NCBI GenBank assembly: GCA_041937175.2
Contig: CP166615.1
Span: forward strand, 4,064,001 to 4,128,000
Origin: Limnothrix sp. BL-A-16
GTDB taxonomy: Bacteria > Cyanobacteriota > Cyanobacteriia > CACIAM-69d
Length of the DNA stretch: 64,000 nt
Direction: 5' to 3'
Position numbers and translations under genes: made by a program. Shown here piece by piece: positions 38,512-49,086 of the stretch. A model generated the notes under the pieces. The model was not told the DNA's origin. It ran no database searches and saw nothing but the letters and a program-made list of their open reading frames with translations. Positions within the stretch are counted from its first letter, which is position 1. Every line of letters starts with the position of its first letter.

Positions 38512-41500
38512 TTAGGGGGTTTGGTTCGGCGGCGGGGTCAGCAGGGGAAGTTCGATCGTGAAGCAACTGCCCACCCCCACTTCGCTCACCACATCCACAC
38601 AGCCCTGGTGTAGTTCCACAATTTGCTTCACCAGCGCCAAGCCCAACCCCGTGCCGTCATATTGGCGATTCAGGGCCCCGTCCACTTGGATGAAGGGCTG
38701 AAAGAGCTTGGGTAAATTTTCGGCGGCGATGCCAATTCCGGTGTCAGCCACCGCAATGCGCACGAAGGCCGTGGGTTGGGTGGTGGGCATTGTCGGGGCT
38801 GGGGGCTGGGTTGCCAGGCCGTAGAGATTCATTTTGGGCAAAAAGCGCGATCGCACGAATTCCGATTCTGTCGTTAAGGATTCGCGGGTCACGGCGATCG
38901 AAAGGGTAATTTTGCCCCCTTCCGGCGTGAACTTCACCGCATTGCTCAGCAAATTAATCAATACCTGGCGCAGTCGTCGTTCATCGACCCAGAGATTTGG
39001 CAAATTTTCAGGGCTGTTGAGGTTCAGTTCAATGCGTTTTTTCGTGGCCTGCTGTTGAATGAACACCAGGCTCGATCGACACATGGGCACTAGGTCAGTA
39101 ATGGACCAATCCAACTCCATTTGGCCAGACTCAATCTTGGCCATGTCCAAAATGTCGTTAATGAGCGCCAGCAGGTGTGTGCCGCTCTGGTCGATCGTCC
39201 TGAGCGCATAGTCCTGTTGGGGCGTAATGGGCCCAAAAATTTCCTCTTGCAAGCTTTCAGTCATCCCCAAAATGGCATTGAGGGGCGTTCGCAATTCGTG
39301 GCTCATGTTGGCCATGAACTCGTCTTTTAAGCGTGTTGCTCGCAACAGTTGCTGATTGGTTCGCTGCAACTGTAATTCTGCCGCTTGGCGATCGGTAATG
39401 TCTTGATAAATGCCCAAAACCCCAATCACCGTTCCCGACGAATCCCGGAGGGGAACCTTGTTGGTTTCAATTTGGATCATGGAGCCGTCCAGTTGCTTTT
39501 GGGACTCAATGAGATGTAGTTTGGCCATGCCAGACTCAATCACTTCCCGATCGTCCGCTCGGTATAGCTCAGCTTCGCTAACTCCCCAGGGTAAGTCATA
39601 ATCAGTCTTACCCACGATCGCCTCCGGTGAAGATAAACCCGCCGAAACTGCGAAGTTTTGGTTGCAACCCAAATACACTGAATTGCAATCTTTCCAAAAC
39701 ACAAAGAGCGGAAACGTATTCAAAACCGTTTGCAAAAATTGCTGCGATTCCTGAAGTGCTTTGCGGGTTTGTTTGCCCTCAGTCACATTGCGGAACATGC
39801 TGCGAATGGCGATCGGCTTTCCCCCTTGAAAATCGCAGTTGGCATTTCCTTCCAATAAAATTTCTTGACCATCTTTGCTGAGAAAGCGAGTTTCAATATC
39901 CAAAAAAGCTTCACCCATGCAAAGGCGCTCTAGATACTGGCGATAGTTCTCTAGATCCGCAGGATGGACAACCTGAAAGATGGATAGATCGTTTAAATCG
40001 TCATCGCCATAGCCCAAGGTTTCTTTCCAAACCCGATTGACCAATAAAATTCGCCCTTGGGGATCAATTCGTTGAATTAAATCCGTTGCATTATCAAATA
40101 AATCCCTCAGTTGTGCTTCCTGAGCCTGAAGTTCCAAAGTGCGTTGCAACACCCGCGCTTCCAAATCTTGGTTCAGTTGCTCCAAGGCATCGTTGGCCTG
40201 TTTGCGCTGAAGTTCGGCTCCGGCTCGGGAGGCCAACACTCGCAAAAGGGCCATGGCTTGTTGGCGTTTTTCTTCAAAAAAGGGCTGTTGGTCTAGAATG
40301 CAAAGACTGCCGATCGCCCGTCCTTGATCATCCTGTAAGGCAACGCCCAGCAGCCCATTAACTGCCCCAGGAAAGAGGGAACGGGAAATGGAAAAACAGG
40401 ATTGTCCGTCGGTTTCACAATAGAGTTCACCATGCTCCAAGATGTGGGAACATGGCGTATTTTCTAAGTCCAACTCAAAATGCTTGCCCAGTTGACCATC
40501 AACCCAAGCACCGAGGGTTTGTAAGCGATCGTCCCGTAATTCTGTGGCCACCACATAATCCACATTCAGGGCTTCCGCAATATGCCGCACTAAGTTGGGG
40601 AAAAACTGTGCTCCGGTCACCGTGGCCGTGCCTTCAATCACTTGATGCAAGGCTCGCTCGGCCTGTTCGCGGGCCATTTCTGCTAAGTGTTGCTCGGTGA
40701 CATCTTGCACTGTTCCTTGGGAATAAAGGGGCTTGCCATCTTCGCCATAGGTTGTTTCACATTGCTCATGGACATACTTAATCCGCCCATCTGCCAACAG
40801 CAATCGATGGATAACGGAATAGGGTTCATGGTTGACTAAATGGCGCTCATAGGCTCGATCGACCATTTCCCGATCGTCCGGATGAACGCTGGCCATGAAG
40901 GCTTCATAGGATGCACCAAATTGCTGGGCATCCACTTCAAAAATCTCAAAAACTTGATCGGACCAATAGAGCGCGTTGCTTTGTAAATCGATTTGCCAAT
41001 TGCCGAGTTTGGCAATCCGTTGGGACTCTTGCAGGCGATCGCTCAGTTGGCGCAGGTTCTGTTCGGCGGCCTTGCGATCGCTAATATCCGTGACGAACCC
41101 TTCTAAAAACAGTAATTTCCCTTCATCGGAATAAACACCGCTACCCCGCTCCCAAACCCACTTTTCTTGAGCAAATTTGGTGAGAATGCGATATTCACAC
41201 TCATAGGGTTCCTGGTTTTGAATGGCGGCTTGGACAATGGCCCACACCCGATCGGCATCTTCGGGGTGAATTTCTTGACCGCAACTGGTGGTGCGATCGA
41301 CTAAATATTCACGAACTTCATAGCCCGTAACGGCCGTTACCCCATCGCTAACAAAAAGCGCGGAGTATTCAGGATTATTCGCCACTCGATAAACATAGCC
41401 GGGCAAATTGGCCACCAGGGTCGAAAGACTTTTTTCCTGTTCTGCTAAGGCCAGTTCCACCTGTTTACGAGCCGTAATATCAACCCCTACGCCCAAGACT

Positions 41501-43092
41501 CCATATTCACCCTTGGCGGGCAGAAAAATCGGCGACTTGTGCCATTGCAGCCATTGAATAGCTGGATTCGTTCCAAATTGATCATCAACTGGGGCGTTGC
41601 AGGAATCCATCCCAGAAGAACCAACCGCCCCCGATAAAGTGATTTCCAATGCAGTTTCTAAGGCGTTGGTTGCTAAGTCAGTCTCTGGGGAAGCATCGAG
41701 GAGGGCAGCGTCCTGCTCCACTGAGGCGATCGAGTCCGACTGAGTAATGGTGCGCCGAATCACCATTTCTTCAGGTAAGAAGAGTTCCTGGCGATTTTCA
41801 ATGACGAAGCGATTTTCGCTCAAAAACCGAGCATTGGCTTCCGATGGCCCTAGTAGTTCTTCGTCAGTTTTATTCAGCAGTTCATCAACGGTGGTTCCGT
41901 AATAGTCCGCCATGGCTTGATTGGCGAGCACATATCGACCCTCCCAATCTTTCACGAAAATCAAATTGGGATTATTGTCAATAACAGATCGTAAAAAGAC
42001 CTGTTGGCGATTAATAAAATCGCGACTGAGACGGAGAGAAATTTTAGATTTAATGCGTTCTTGGTTTTCGCGATGTAACTCCCCGATCGCCTCCTGAAGC
42101 TGGTTGGTTCGCGATTGAATAATGCTATTTAAGCTGTTTTGAACGCTGTGAATGGAAGACTGTACTTCCTTCAGAAAATGCACATTCTTCAGCACGCCCA
42201 CCCGAATGGCTTGGCAACCATCATCGATGAACGTTTCCGAGAGCAACATGCTGAGAGCTGGTCGATCGGGCTGTTGGATGGCTAATTCCACATCCCGGCG
42301 GTGGGAGGGTTGCTGAAGATCAGCGGCGATCGGGGCCTGTTGTTGCACCCAACGGGTCAAAGCGGGTTGACCAAGGGTCGTGATGGGTTGCCCTTGCAGG
42401 TTTTGCTGCTCGATCGCGCAAATCGCCTTCAACGCGTCATTGGTAAACAGTAATTGCCCACCGGCATCGGCCACATACACACCATCGGGCAAACTTTGAA
42501 CCGTATGATTCAGCCACTGTAATTGGCGTTGTTGCTGATAGGTTTGCCAGCTTTTTTGCACAGTAATGGGCAATAGCTTGAGATAGGCTCCGGCTTCGTC
42601 TTTAACCACATAATCGGCCGCGCCCCGTTGCACCAGCGCCAGGGCCAAATCGGCCGCATCCGCCGAAACCATCACCAGCCAAAGAACCGCCTGGGCTTCC
42701 ATGAGCTGCAAGAGTTCCCGAAAGCTGGGTGCGGCTGGGTCGAGGAGGTTGGGTTGATCCTGCGCGATCGGGGTTACGGGGCGATCGCTGGGCTGGTTGC
42801 TGCGATCGGAACAGTCTTCAGGCTTGTTGGCGGGACAGCTTTCAGCCCCTGCCGCCGGTTCCAAGACCGCCTCGATCTCAGGAATCGCACAGCCATTGAG
42901 CAGCACCATCTCCACCGGTTGCCGACGCAAATGGGCGATCGCCGCCTGCATGGAAGCCACCACATGCCCTTCACCCAGCCAGGGCCAGCGCTGAAAACAG
43001 TCGGCAAATCTCAACTGATCTGTTTCGTCCGGTTCCAAGACCAGTAATTGGCCCAAAAAGGGTGATGCATTAGCCGCAGCAACGTTGGTCAT
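38512..43092 (-). CDS. Cytoplasmic multi-sensor histidine kinase (degenerate REC, multiple PAS/PAC, GAF, HisKA, HATPase)
   Basis: GAADYVVKD (REC-like), several PAS/PAC motifs (IFVKD, HPEDA, HPDDRE, DITDR), FMANMSHELRTPL, NAVKFT, GTGLGL. Confidence 0.93.
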   Translation of the reverse strand: MTNVAAANASPFLGQLLVLEPDETDQLRFADCFQRWPWLGEGHVVASMQAAIAHLRRQPVEMVLLNGCAIPEIEAVLEPAAGAESCPANKPEDCSDRSNQPSDRPVTPIAQDQPNLLDPAAPSFRELLQLMEAQAVLWLVMVSADAADLALALVQRGAADYVVKDEAGAYLKLLPITVQKSWQTYQQQRQLQWLNHTVQSLPDGVYVADAGGQLLFTNDALKAICAIEQQNLQGQPITTLGQPALTRWVQQQAPIAADLQQPSHRRDVELAIQQPDRPALSMLLSETFIDDGCQAIRVGVLKNVHFLKEVQSSIHSVQNSLNSIIQSRTNQLQEAIGELHRENQERIKSKISLRLSRDFINRQQVFLRSVIDNNPNLIFVKDWEGRYVLANQAMADYYGTTVDELLNKTDEELLGPSEANARFLSENRFVIENRQELFLPEEMVIRRTITQSDSIASVEQDAALLDASPETDLATNALETALEITLSGAVGSSGMDSCNAPVDDQFGTNPAIQWLQWHKSPIFLPAKGEYGVLGVGVDITARKQVELALAEQEKSLSTLVANLPGYVYRVANNPEYSALFVSDGVTAVTGYEVREYLVDRTTSCGQEIHPEDADRVWAIVQAAIQNQEPYECEYRILTKFAQEKWVWERGSGVYSDEGKLLFLEGFVTDISDRKAAEQNLRQLSDRLQESQRIAKLGNWQIDLQSNALYWSDQVFEIFEVDAQQFGASYEAFMASVHPDDREMVDRAYERHLVNHEPYSVIHRLLLADGRIKYVHEQCETTYGEDGKPLYSQGTVQDVTEQHLAEMAREQAERALHQVIEGTATVTGAQFFPNLVRHIAEALNVDYVVATELRDDRLQTLGAWVDGQLGKHFELDLENTPCSHILEHGELYCETDGQSCFSISRSLFPGAVNGLLGVALQDDQGRAIGSLCILDQQPFFEEKRQQAMALLRVLASRAGAELQRKQANDALEQLNQDLEARVLQRTLELQAQEAQLRDLFDNATDLIQRIDPQGRILLVNRVWKETLGYGDDDLNDLSIFQVVHPADLENYRQYLERLCMGEAFLDIETRFLSKDGQEILLEGNANCDFQGGKPIAIRSMFRNVTEGKQTRKALQESQQFLQTVLNTFPLFVFWKDCNSVYLGCNQNFAVSAGLSSPEAIVGKTDYDLPWGVSEAELYRADDREVIESGMAKLHLIESQKQLDGSMIQIETNKVPLRDSSGTVIGVLGIYQDITDRQAAELQLQRTNQQLLRATRLKDEFMANMSHELRTPLNAILGMTESLQEEIFGPITPQQDYALRTIDQSGTHLLALINDILDMAKIESGQMELDWSITDLVPMCRSSLVFIQQQATKKRIELNLNSPENLPNLWVDERRLRQVLINLLSNAVKFTPEGGKITLSIAVTRESLTTESEFVRSRFLPKMNLYGLATQPPAPTMPTTQPTAFVRIAVADTGIGIAAENLPKLFQPFIQVDGALNRQYDGTGLGLALVKQIVELHQGCVDVVSEVGVGSCFTIELPLLTPPPNQTP

Positions 43093-43802
43093 TGGATGTA
43101 AAGAACGTGGGGATCGATTCCCTTAAACACTGAATCACCATCGGCTGAGAGTTGATCCAGAACCCAGAATGCCAATTTGCAAGATACCTAAAAGGATTTG
43201 AACATCAGGTTTGGATAATGACTGAGAACCATGGCTGGATCATCACAAAGTGATCAAAATTTGCTCCATGAGCGTTTGGCTGATTCTTCAGTCTTGACTG
43301 ATCTGGCTAGCTGGGCGGTCTGTTGATCGAGGATGCTAAATTTTTCAATCAACAGAATTTTCTCACATTTTGAACAAATTAGATCTATGTTTTAGATCTA
43401 ATTTAAGATTGGTTTAAATCTGCTTAAATTCAACCCAAAACTCTGTTCAAATCTTGATTTCAGCCCTGACCTTAATGCTTGAAGCCTTTTAGAAACCTTC
43501 CTTTGTGAACCGCAATTGCTCTGAAAATTCTGCTCCGTTTTCAAAAATTAACCATGGTGATTGAGCAATCGTTGGAAATCCTTGAGCTGGTGGGGTTGAT
43601 AATTCTATTTAAGCACTCCCTGCGATTCTCCTAAAGTATTCCAAGGGGCGAAAGCGATCAAATTCAATCAAGAAGGATTTGGGTATAAACTATCACCAGA
43701 GTATGAATTGAATCATTGACTACTGATCATCATTAATACTTAATTCCATCATTGGTTGCTGACAATGTTGCTGGCCGTTGAAGCCGGCCGCCGAAGTTGA
43801 CC

Positions 43803-45071
43803 TTATCGCCCTTCTAGGGAAAAAGAGGTGAAAGCTGGCTGTTGTGGGGAGCTTTGTAAAACAGCTTCGTAATCCTGGGCGGCCTGATCCCAGCTAAAGT
43901 CGCGCTCCACGTAGGCTCGGGCCGCTTGGGAGAGTTGGGCCCGCAACTCCGTAGATTCCCACAACCGACCGATGGCGGCAATGTATTCAGCGGGTTGGTT
44001 GGCCCGCAAGGCTAAGGGGGGGTGGTCGATCGTCAGGCCCTCTAGTCCCCGATCGCTCCCCACGACGGGTACGCCGGCCGCCATGGCCTCGATGGTTTTG
44101 TTTTTGATGCCCAGCCCGGTGCGCAGGGGCACGACGCAAACGGAGGCCCGATGCAGCTCGGCGGCCATGGAATCCACAGGGCCGGTGACGACTACGCCGG
44201 GTCGATCGCCCAGGGCCAACACCTCAGTGCTGGGCCGGGCCCCCACAATCCGAAAGGTGGCGGCGGGATAGGTCGATCGCAGCGGCGGTAGGACGGCATT
44301 CACAAAAAACTTCACCGCATCGATGTTGTGGGTGGCATCCATCGCGCCCACAAACACCAATTCATAGCCCCCGGGATCCCGATCGCGCGGCGGAAACAGG
44401 GCCAAGTCCACCCCGTTGGGAATGACGAAACCGGGCACTTGGGGCGCAAATTGGGCCATGTAGTCCCGATCGTCGGGGGTGGTGGTGACGATCGCGCTGA
44501 ATTTGTTGGCGTAGCGGCGCTCGTAGCGGGCGAGCAAGGGTAAATACAGCCAATCGCGTGTGGGGTGGGGGGATGCACCCAAATCCAGATGCCCCTTGGC
44601 CCAACCGTAAACGGAACTGTGGACATCCACAATCGATCGTAGGTTGGGGTAGCGTTGCTGCCAATCGGGCCGCACATAGATTTCATTCACACTGTGCTCG
44701 CAGGTGACCACATCAAAGCGATCGGCCGCAATTTGTTGATCAATCCAAGCCTGCATCGGCCGCGAAAAGCGATGCAACACATTGGGCGGTGTGCCCCTCA
44801 GCCAAGATTGCCCAAACCGCTTCACCTTGCGGGCCAACTGGCGCGGACTGCGGCTGGCGGCCGGATCCGGCGGCAGCGGAAACACCATCACTTCCTGAAC
44901 AGTTGCCCGGAGCGCGGCCAGATGGTCATCGGTGACACTGGGATGGCGCTGGGTGGCAATGGTGACCGCGTGGCGCTGGGCCAAGCGGGCCAGCAGGTTG
45001 TAAGTGCGAATTTCCGTGCCGCCTTTGCTGGGCGGATAAGGAAAGGTAGAAGAAATAGCTAAAATTCTCAT
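43803..45071 (-). CDS. Glycosyltransferase family 4
   Basis: FPYPPSKGG, LVFVGAMD, KNKTIEAMAAGVPVV, FSWD. Confidence 0.92.
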   Translation of the reverse strand: MRILAISSTFPYPPSKGGTEIRTYNLLARLAQRHAVTIATQRHPSVTDDHLAALRATVQEVMVFPLPPDPAASRSPRQLARKVKRFGQSWLRGTPPNVLHRFSRPMQAWIDQQIAADRFDVVTCEHSVNEIYVRPDWQQRYPNLRSIVDVHSSVYGWAKGHLDLGASPHPTRDWLYLPLLARYERRYANKFSAIVTTTPDDRDYMAQFAPQVPGFVIPNGVDLALFPPRDRDPGGYELVFVGAMDATHNIDAVKFFVNAVLPPLRSTYPAATFRIVGARPSTEVLALGDRPGVVVTGPVDSMAAELHRASVCVVPLRTGLGIKNKTIEAMAAGVPVVGSDRGLEGLTIDHPPLALRANQPAEYIAAIGRLWESTELRAQLSQAARAYVERDFSWDQAAQDYEAVLQSSPQQPAFTSFSLEGR

Positions 45072-45105
45072 GGCGATCGCCCCGTAATTCCCGTCGCTGC
45101 CCCCC

Positions 45106-46116
45106 ATGACCGACGCTTGCTCAAAACCCACCATTCTTGTGACCGGCGGCGCTGGCTACATCGGCTCCCATACCGTTCTAGCGCTTCAACAGGCCGGCTA
45201 TCCGGTGGTTGTGCTGGATAATTTGGGCTACGGCCACCGCGAGATTGTGGAATCGGTGCTGAAGGCTGAGTTGATTGTGGGTGATATTGGCGATCGGCCC
45301 CTGCTCGATCGACTCTTTGCCCAGCGCCAGATTGGAGCAGTGCTGCACTTTGCCGCCTACATTGCCGTGGGCGAGTCCGTCGCCGATCCCGCCAAATACT
45401 ATCGCAACAACGTGGTGGGAACCCTGACCCTGTTGGAAGCCATGGTGGCGGCCCAAGTGCCCCATTTCGTGTTTTCCTCCACGGCGGCTACCTATGGCGT
45501 ACCCCAAACCCCGAAAATTGCCGAAGATCATCCCCAACTGCCGATTAATCCCTACGGAGAGTCTAAATTAACCGTCGAGCGCATGTTGCGGGATTTTGAT
45601 CTGGCCTATGGATTGCGATCGGTCATCTTCCGCTACTTCAACGCCGCCGGAGCCGATCCCTCCGGCAACCTGGGCGAAGATCACCAGCCGGAAACCCATC
45701 TAATTCCCCTGATTTTGCTGGCGGCCCTGGGCCAGCGGGACAACATCGCCATTTTCGGCACAGATTACCCCACCCCCGATGGCACTTGCATTCGGGATTA
45801 TGTCCATGTGAACGACTTGGCCCACGCCCATGTGTTGGGGTTGGAATATTTGCTGAACGGCGGTGAATCTACGGCATTTAATTTGGGCAATGGCAACGGA
45901 TTTTCCGTGAAGGAAACGATCGCCGCTGCTCGCCAGGTGACCCAACGCCCGATCGTTGTGGTGGAGCGCGATCGTCGGGCCGGCGATCCGCCCGTGTTGG
46001 TCAGCAGCAGCGATCGGGCCCAAGCCGTTTTGGGCTGGCAACCGGAATACCCGGATTTAGAGGCGATCGTGTCCCATGCTTGGCACTGGCATCAACGCCG
46101 CCACGGCACTGAATAA
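45106..46116 (+). CDS. galE: UDP-glucose 4-epimerase
   Basis: VTGGAGYIGSH, FSSTAATYG, YGESK, RYFNAAGA, DGTCIRDYVHV. Confidence 0.97.
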   Translation: MTDACSKPTILVTGGAGYIGSHTVLALQQAGYPVVVLDNLGYGHREIVESVLKAELIVGDIGDRPLLDRLFAQRQIGAVLHFAAYIAVGESVADPAKYYRNNVVGTLTLLEAMVAAQVPHFVFSSTAATYGVPQTPKIAEDHPQLPINPYGESKLTVERMLRDFDLAYGLRSVIFRYFNAAGADPSGNLGEDHQPETHLIPLILLAALGQRDNIAIFGTDYPTPDGTCIRDYVHVNDLAHAHVLGLEYLLNGGESTAFNLGNGNGFSVKETIAAARQVTQRPIVVVERDRRAGDPPVLVSSSDRAQAVLGWQPEYPDLEAIVSHAWHWHQRRHGTE

Positions 46117-46258
46117 CGCCACCACGTCTTCACTGCTTCAACTCATGGTTGTGTGAAATAGTTGTGGCAGATCACCCTTACTTCCTCAGTCTGGGTGGCG
46201 TACTACAATTGAAATAACCAAATGGCAGAGGTTCCTTGCCTTAATATCAGTGTCCTAA

Positions 46259-46385
46259 GAGGATGTCTGAGAAGTATCTTTCAGTACGGGTCAAGCATCA
46301 ATTATCGTGGAAGGGGCTTAAGCCCCTTGTTTGCGTTGGTTGCTGGAGCGTACAGAGTAGCAATTTTGGCTTTTCAGACATCCTT
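46259..46385 (-). mobile_element. MITE copy F: outer element only (127 bp), reverse orientation
   Basis: TIRs GAGGATGTCTGAGAAG / CTTTTCAGACATCCTT, TAA on both flanks, intact AAGGGGCTTAAGCCCCTT. Confidence 0.85.
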
Positions 46386-46500
46386 TAAGGCTCTGTTTCG
46401 GATCACTTCTTGGATCACTTTCCTGCTTAAACCAGCAATATTAGGATCAACAATCTCAGCCCTATAAAACAAACTAAATAAAAACTAGGAAGTGTAAATT

Positions 46501-47253
46501 ATGAACACCGTAACAAAGTCTTCAATTGAATCCCTGGCCTCAGTTAATTCAGGATTGGTGAACTTCAAACAGCTTGATTGGCAATTCTTAGAAAAACTAT
46601 TCCATACTGGTCATGATCAATCAATCTCAAGAGATCTTGAGCGTGATTTATTGGAACTTTTAGAAATTTCCCAAAAGATCAACCGAACCAAGACCCTTGC
46701 CAAGAAACTAGATTTATTTGTTTCTCAATATCGAATTCTGTTTAAGCAAATTCGCTTGAAATATGATGGAATTCTTTCGGAATTTTCTTTACAAGACCTA
46801 AAGGCATATGAAAAACAAATGGACGGAGTTTATCAACTTCTAATTATACATGGCTTGATTTTATCCTCTCTGGAGTCTTCAAGATCAGAACTCGAAAAAT
46901 ACCAAATTTTATACACAGGACTAATCCAGCTATCATCCTGGGTGGATAATTATTCGATCTATTTCTCCAATGAATCTATTGAGCAAGTGGAGTCTATTGC
47001 ACAAGCTATTTTAGTGGATCAAGATTTGCAACCGAAGCCTGAAATCGAAAATGATCAGCCTGAAGCCCAATCATATTTACTGGCTTTGAGTAATACTGCT
47101 CATTCGATTCTTCATAAACTTGAAGATTCTGATCAACGACAGAGGAAGTTGTATGGGGAACTGACAGAAGAATCTGTTTTTTTAAAAGAAATTCAGATCA
47201 AAAATAATCAAAAATTAATGATTTGGCTGTCTCAAAAGCTCAATCAGAGCTAA
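46501..47253 (+). CDS. Hypothetical helical protein, AT-rich; candidate antitoxin partner
   Basis: 250-aa ORF with upstream AGGA RBS-like sequence, directly upstream of a PIN gene. Confidence 0.7.
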   Translation: MNTVTKSSIESLASVNSGLVNFKQLDWQFLEKLFHTGHDQSISRDLERDLLELLEISQKINRTKTLAKKLDLFVSQYRILFKQIRLKYDGILSEFSLQDLKAYEKQMDGVYQLLIIHGLILSSLESSRSELEKYQILYTGLIQLSSWVDNYSIYFSNESIEQVESIAQAILVDQDLQPKPEIENDQPEAQSYLLALSNTAHSILHKLEDSDQRQRKLYGELTEESVFLKEIQIKNNQKLMIWLSQKLNQS

Positions 47254-47296
47254 ATGATGAATTGCGGGCTTAAAACGTTGTCAATATTTGGCTTGA

Positions 47297-47758
47297 ATGA
47301 TCATTATCCTAGATTCAAATATCCTTGGATTCCTGACTAATCAAAACTCGCAATCAAATATGATTCGCCAGTGTCAAGAGTGGCTATATAAAGTGGTATC
47401 TCGCGGACACTTGGTCTACTCATCGGATATTTGCGATTACGAACTGAGGCGCGAGTTACTACGAATCAATAGCCAAGAAAGTATTCAAGAGTTGGATCGC
47501 CTCCGGGCAGAAGGATTAATCACCTTTCTGACAGTTGATATTCATGACTTAAGGATAGCGGCTGATCTTTGGTCAAACTCTAGAAAAGCGGGAAAGCCTA
47601 ATAAGGATCAGAAAAATATTGACGTGGACTGCATTCTGTCTGCACAATGTCTCAATCTGAAGAAGCAATTTCCTGGTCATAGGGTTGTGCTTGCCACTAT
47701 GAATCTAAAAGACTTTGAAGAGATGATTGATTGTGCATTGTGGGCAGATATTGGATAG
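47297..47758 (+). CDS. PIN-domain (VapC-like) ribonuclease
   Basis: IILDSN, DYELRREL, DVDCILSAQ, ATMNLKDF acidic PIN motifs. Confidence 0.85.
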   Translation: MIIILDSNILGFLTNQNSQSNMIRQCQEWLYKVVSRGHLVYSSDICDYELRRELLRINSQESIQELDRLRAEGLITFLTVDIHDLRIAADLWSNSRKAGKPNKDQKNIDVDCILSAQCLNLKKQFPGHRVVLATMNLKDFEEMIDCALWADIG

Positions 47759-48018
47759 CTTCTGATAACTTTAAAAAGAGGGTCACAATTTGAAAATGAG
47801 TGCTGTATTGACTCTATCAATTCTGGCCAATTAAAATGAATTGAACGTTAGTTCGAGTTAGCGCCACCATGCTCACTGATAGAAAATAGAAAGTTGAGAG
47901 GACAAATATTGACCTGCCCTCTCAATTTAGAAACTTCAAGAAAACAAGATGCTGACTAATTGAAGTCCCAAAGGAAGCTCATCTTCTATTTTTGCCCAGG
48001 CAATAATCGTGGTGTTGG

Positions 48019-49086
48019 TCAAGATTTTGTTGCTTGACACAACAGCAGTCCAAACCATTGCTGCGGATCGCTCCAGGTTTTGACGGTGGTGAGGCCGCGC
48101 TCTGCGAGTTGTTGGGGCAAGCGATCGAGCCGGAATTTGCGGGAAATTTCGGTCAAAATCGACTCGCCTGCTTGGAAGTTCACGGCAAAATCTAGGCGAT
48201 CGAACTGCACTCGGCAATCGCGGTGACAATTGAGATACATCTCAATTTGCGAGTCTGCGGTGTTATAAACCGCTTCATGACTAAAGGCATCGAGATCAAA
48301 ATTGCCCCCAAAACGCCGGTTCAAATGGGCCAGCATGTTCAAGTTGAAGGCGGCCGTCACTCCCTGAGCATCGTTATAGGCCGCCTTGAGGATTTCCAAG
48401 TCTTTTTCAAGGTCAACCCCTAACAGGAAATAGTCACCGGGCTTGAGCGATTGGGCCACACGATCAACAAAGCTGTCGAAGTCTGCGGGGGAGAAATTAC
48501 CCATCGAACTGCCCAGGAAAAACAACAGGCGCGATCGCTCATTGCTGTGGGCTAAATAGTCCAAAGCTTGGTCATAGGTTCCCAACAGTCCCTGGATCCA
48601 AAACTCGGGATATTGTGATTGCAGTTGCACCACGCTGCTATGCAAAATGCCGCCACTAATATCCACCGGGAGATAGTGGCAAGTGTCGGGGCGATCGGCC
48701 CAGAGCGATCGATAGGCATCCAACAGTAAGCGAGTTTTGGTGGAACTGCCGCTGCCCAATTCAATCAGCTCATGGCTGTCGGTGATCGCAGCAATTTCGG
48801 TGGCATAGGTTTGCAAAATCCAAGCTTCTGTACGGGTTGGATAATATTCCGGAAGCTGGCAAATGTCCTCAAAGAGTTGCGATCCCCGATCGTCATAGAA
48901 ATACTTGGGAGACAACTGTTTAGGAGTTTGGCTCAAGCCTTGAATCACCTCTGCGCCTTCTGGGGCGGCGGGGGCGTGGCTGTGATCCAAAACAATGATC
49001 GCTCCCGATCGAATATCCGCATCAACCATTTCAGCGGCGTTTACAGGGCGCGATTGAACAGACGAAGACCGGCTTTCTAGTGGCAT
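48019..49086 (-). CDS. egtD: L-histidine N(alpha)-methyltransferase
   Basis: PKYFYDDRGSQLFEDICQLPEYYPTRTE, ELGSGSSTKT, AYNDAQGVTAAFNLN, TEISRKF. Confidence 0.95.
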   Translation of the reverse strand: MPLESRSSSVQSRPVNAAEMVDADIRSGAIIVLDHSHAPAAPEGAEVIQGLSQTPKQLSPKYFYDDRGSQLFEDICQLPEYYPTRTEAWILQTYATEIAAITDSHELIELGSGSSTKTRLLLDAYRSLWADRPDTCHYLPVDISGGILHSSVVQLQSQYPEFWIQGLLGTYDQALDYLAHSNERSRLLFFLGSSMGNFSPADFDSFVDRVAQSLKPGDYFLLGVDLEKDLEILKAAYNDAQGVTAAFNLNMLAHLNRRFGGNFDLDAFSHEAVYNTADSQIEMYLNCHRDCRVQFDRLDFAVNFQAGESILTEISRKFRLDRLPQQLAERGLTTVKTWSDPQQWFGLLLCQATKS

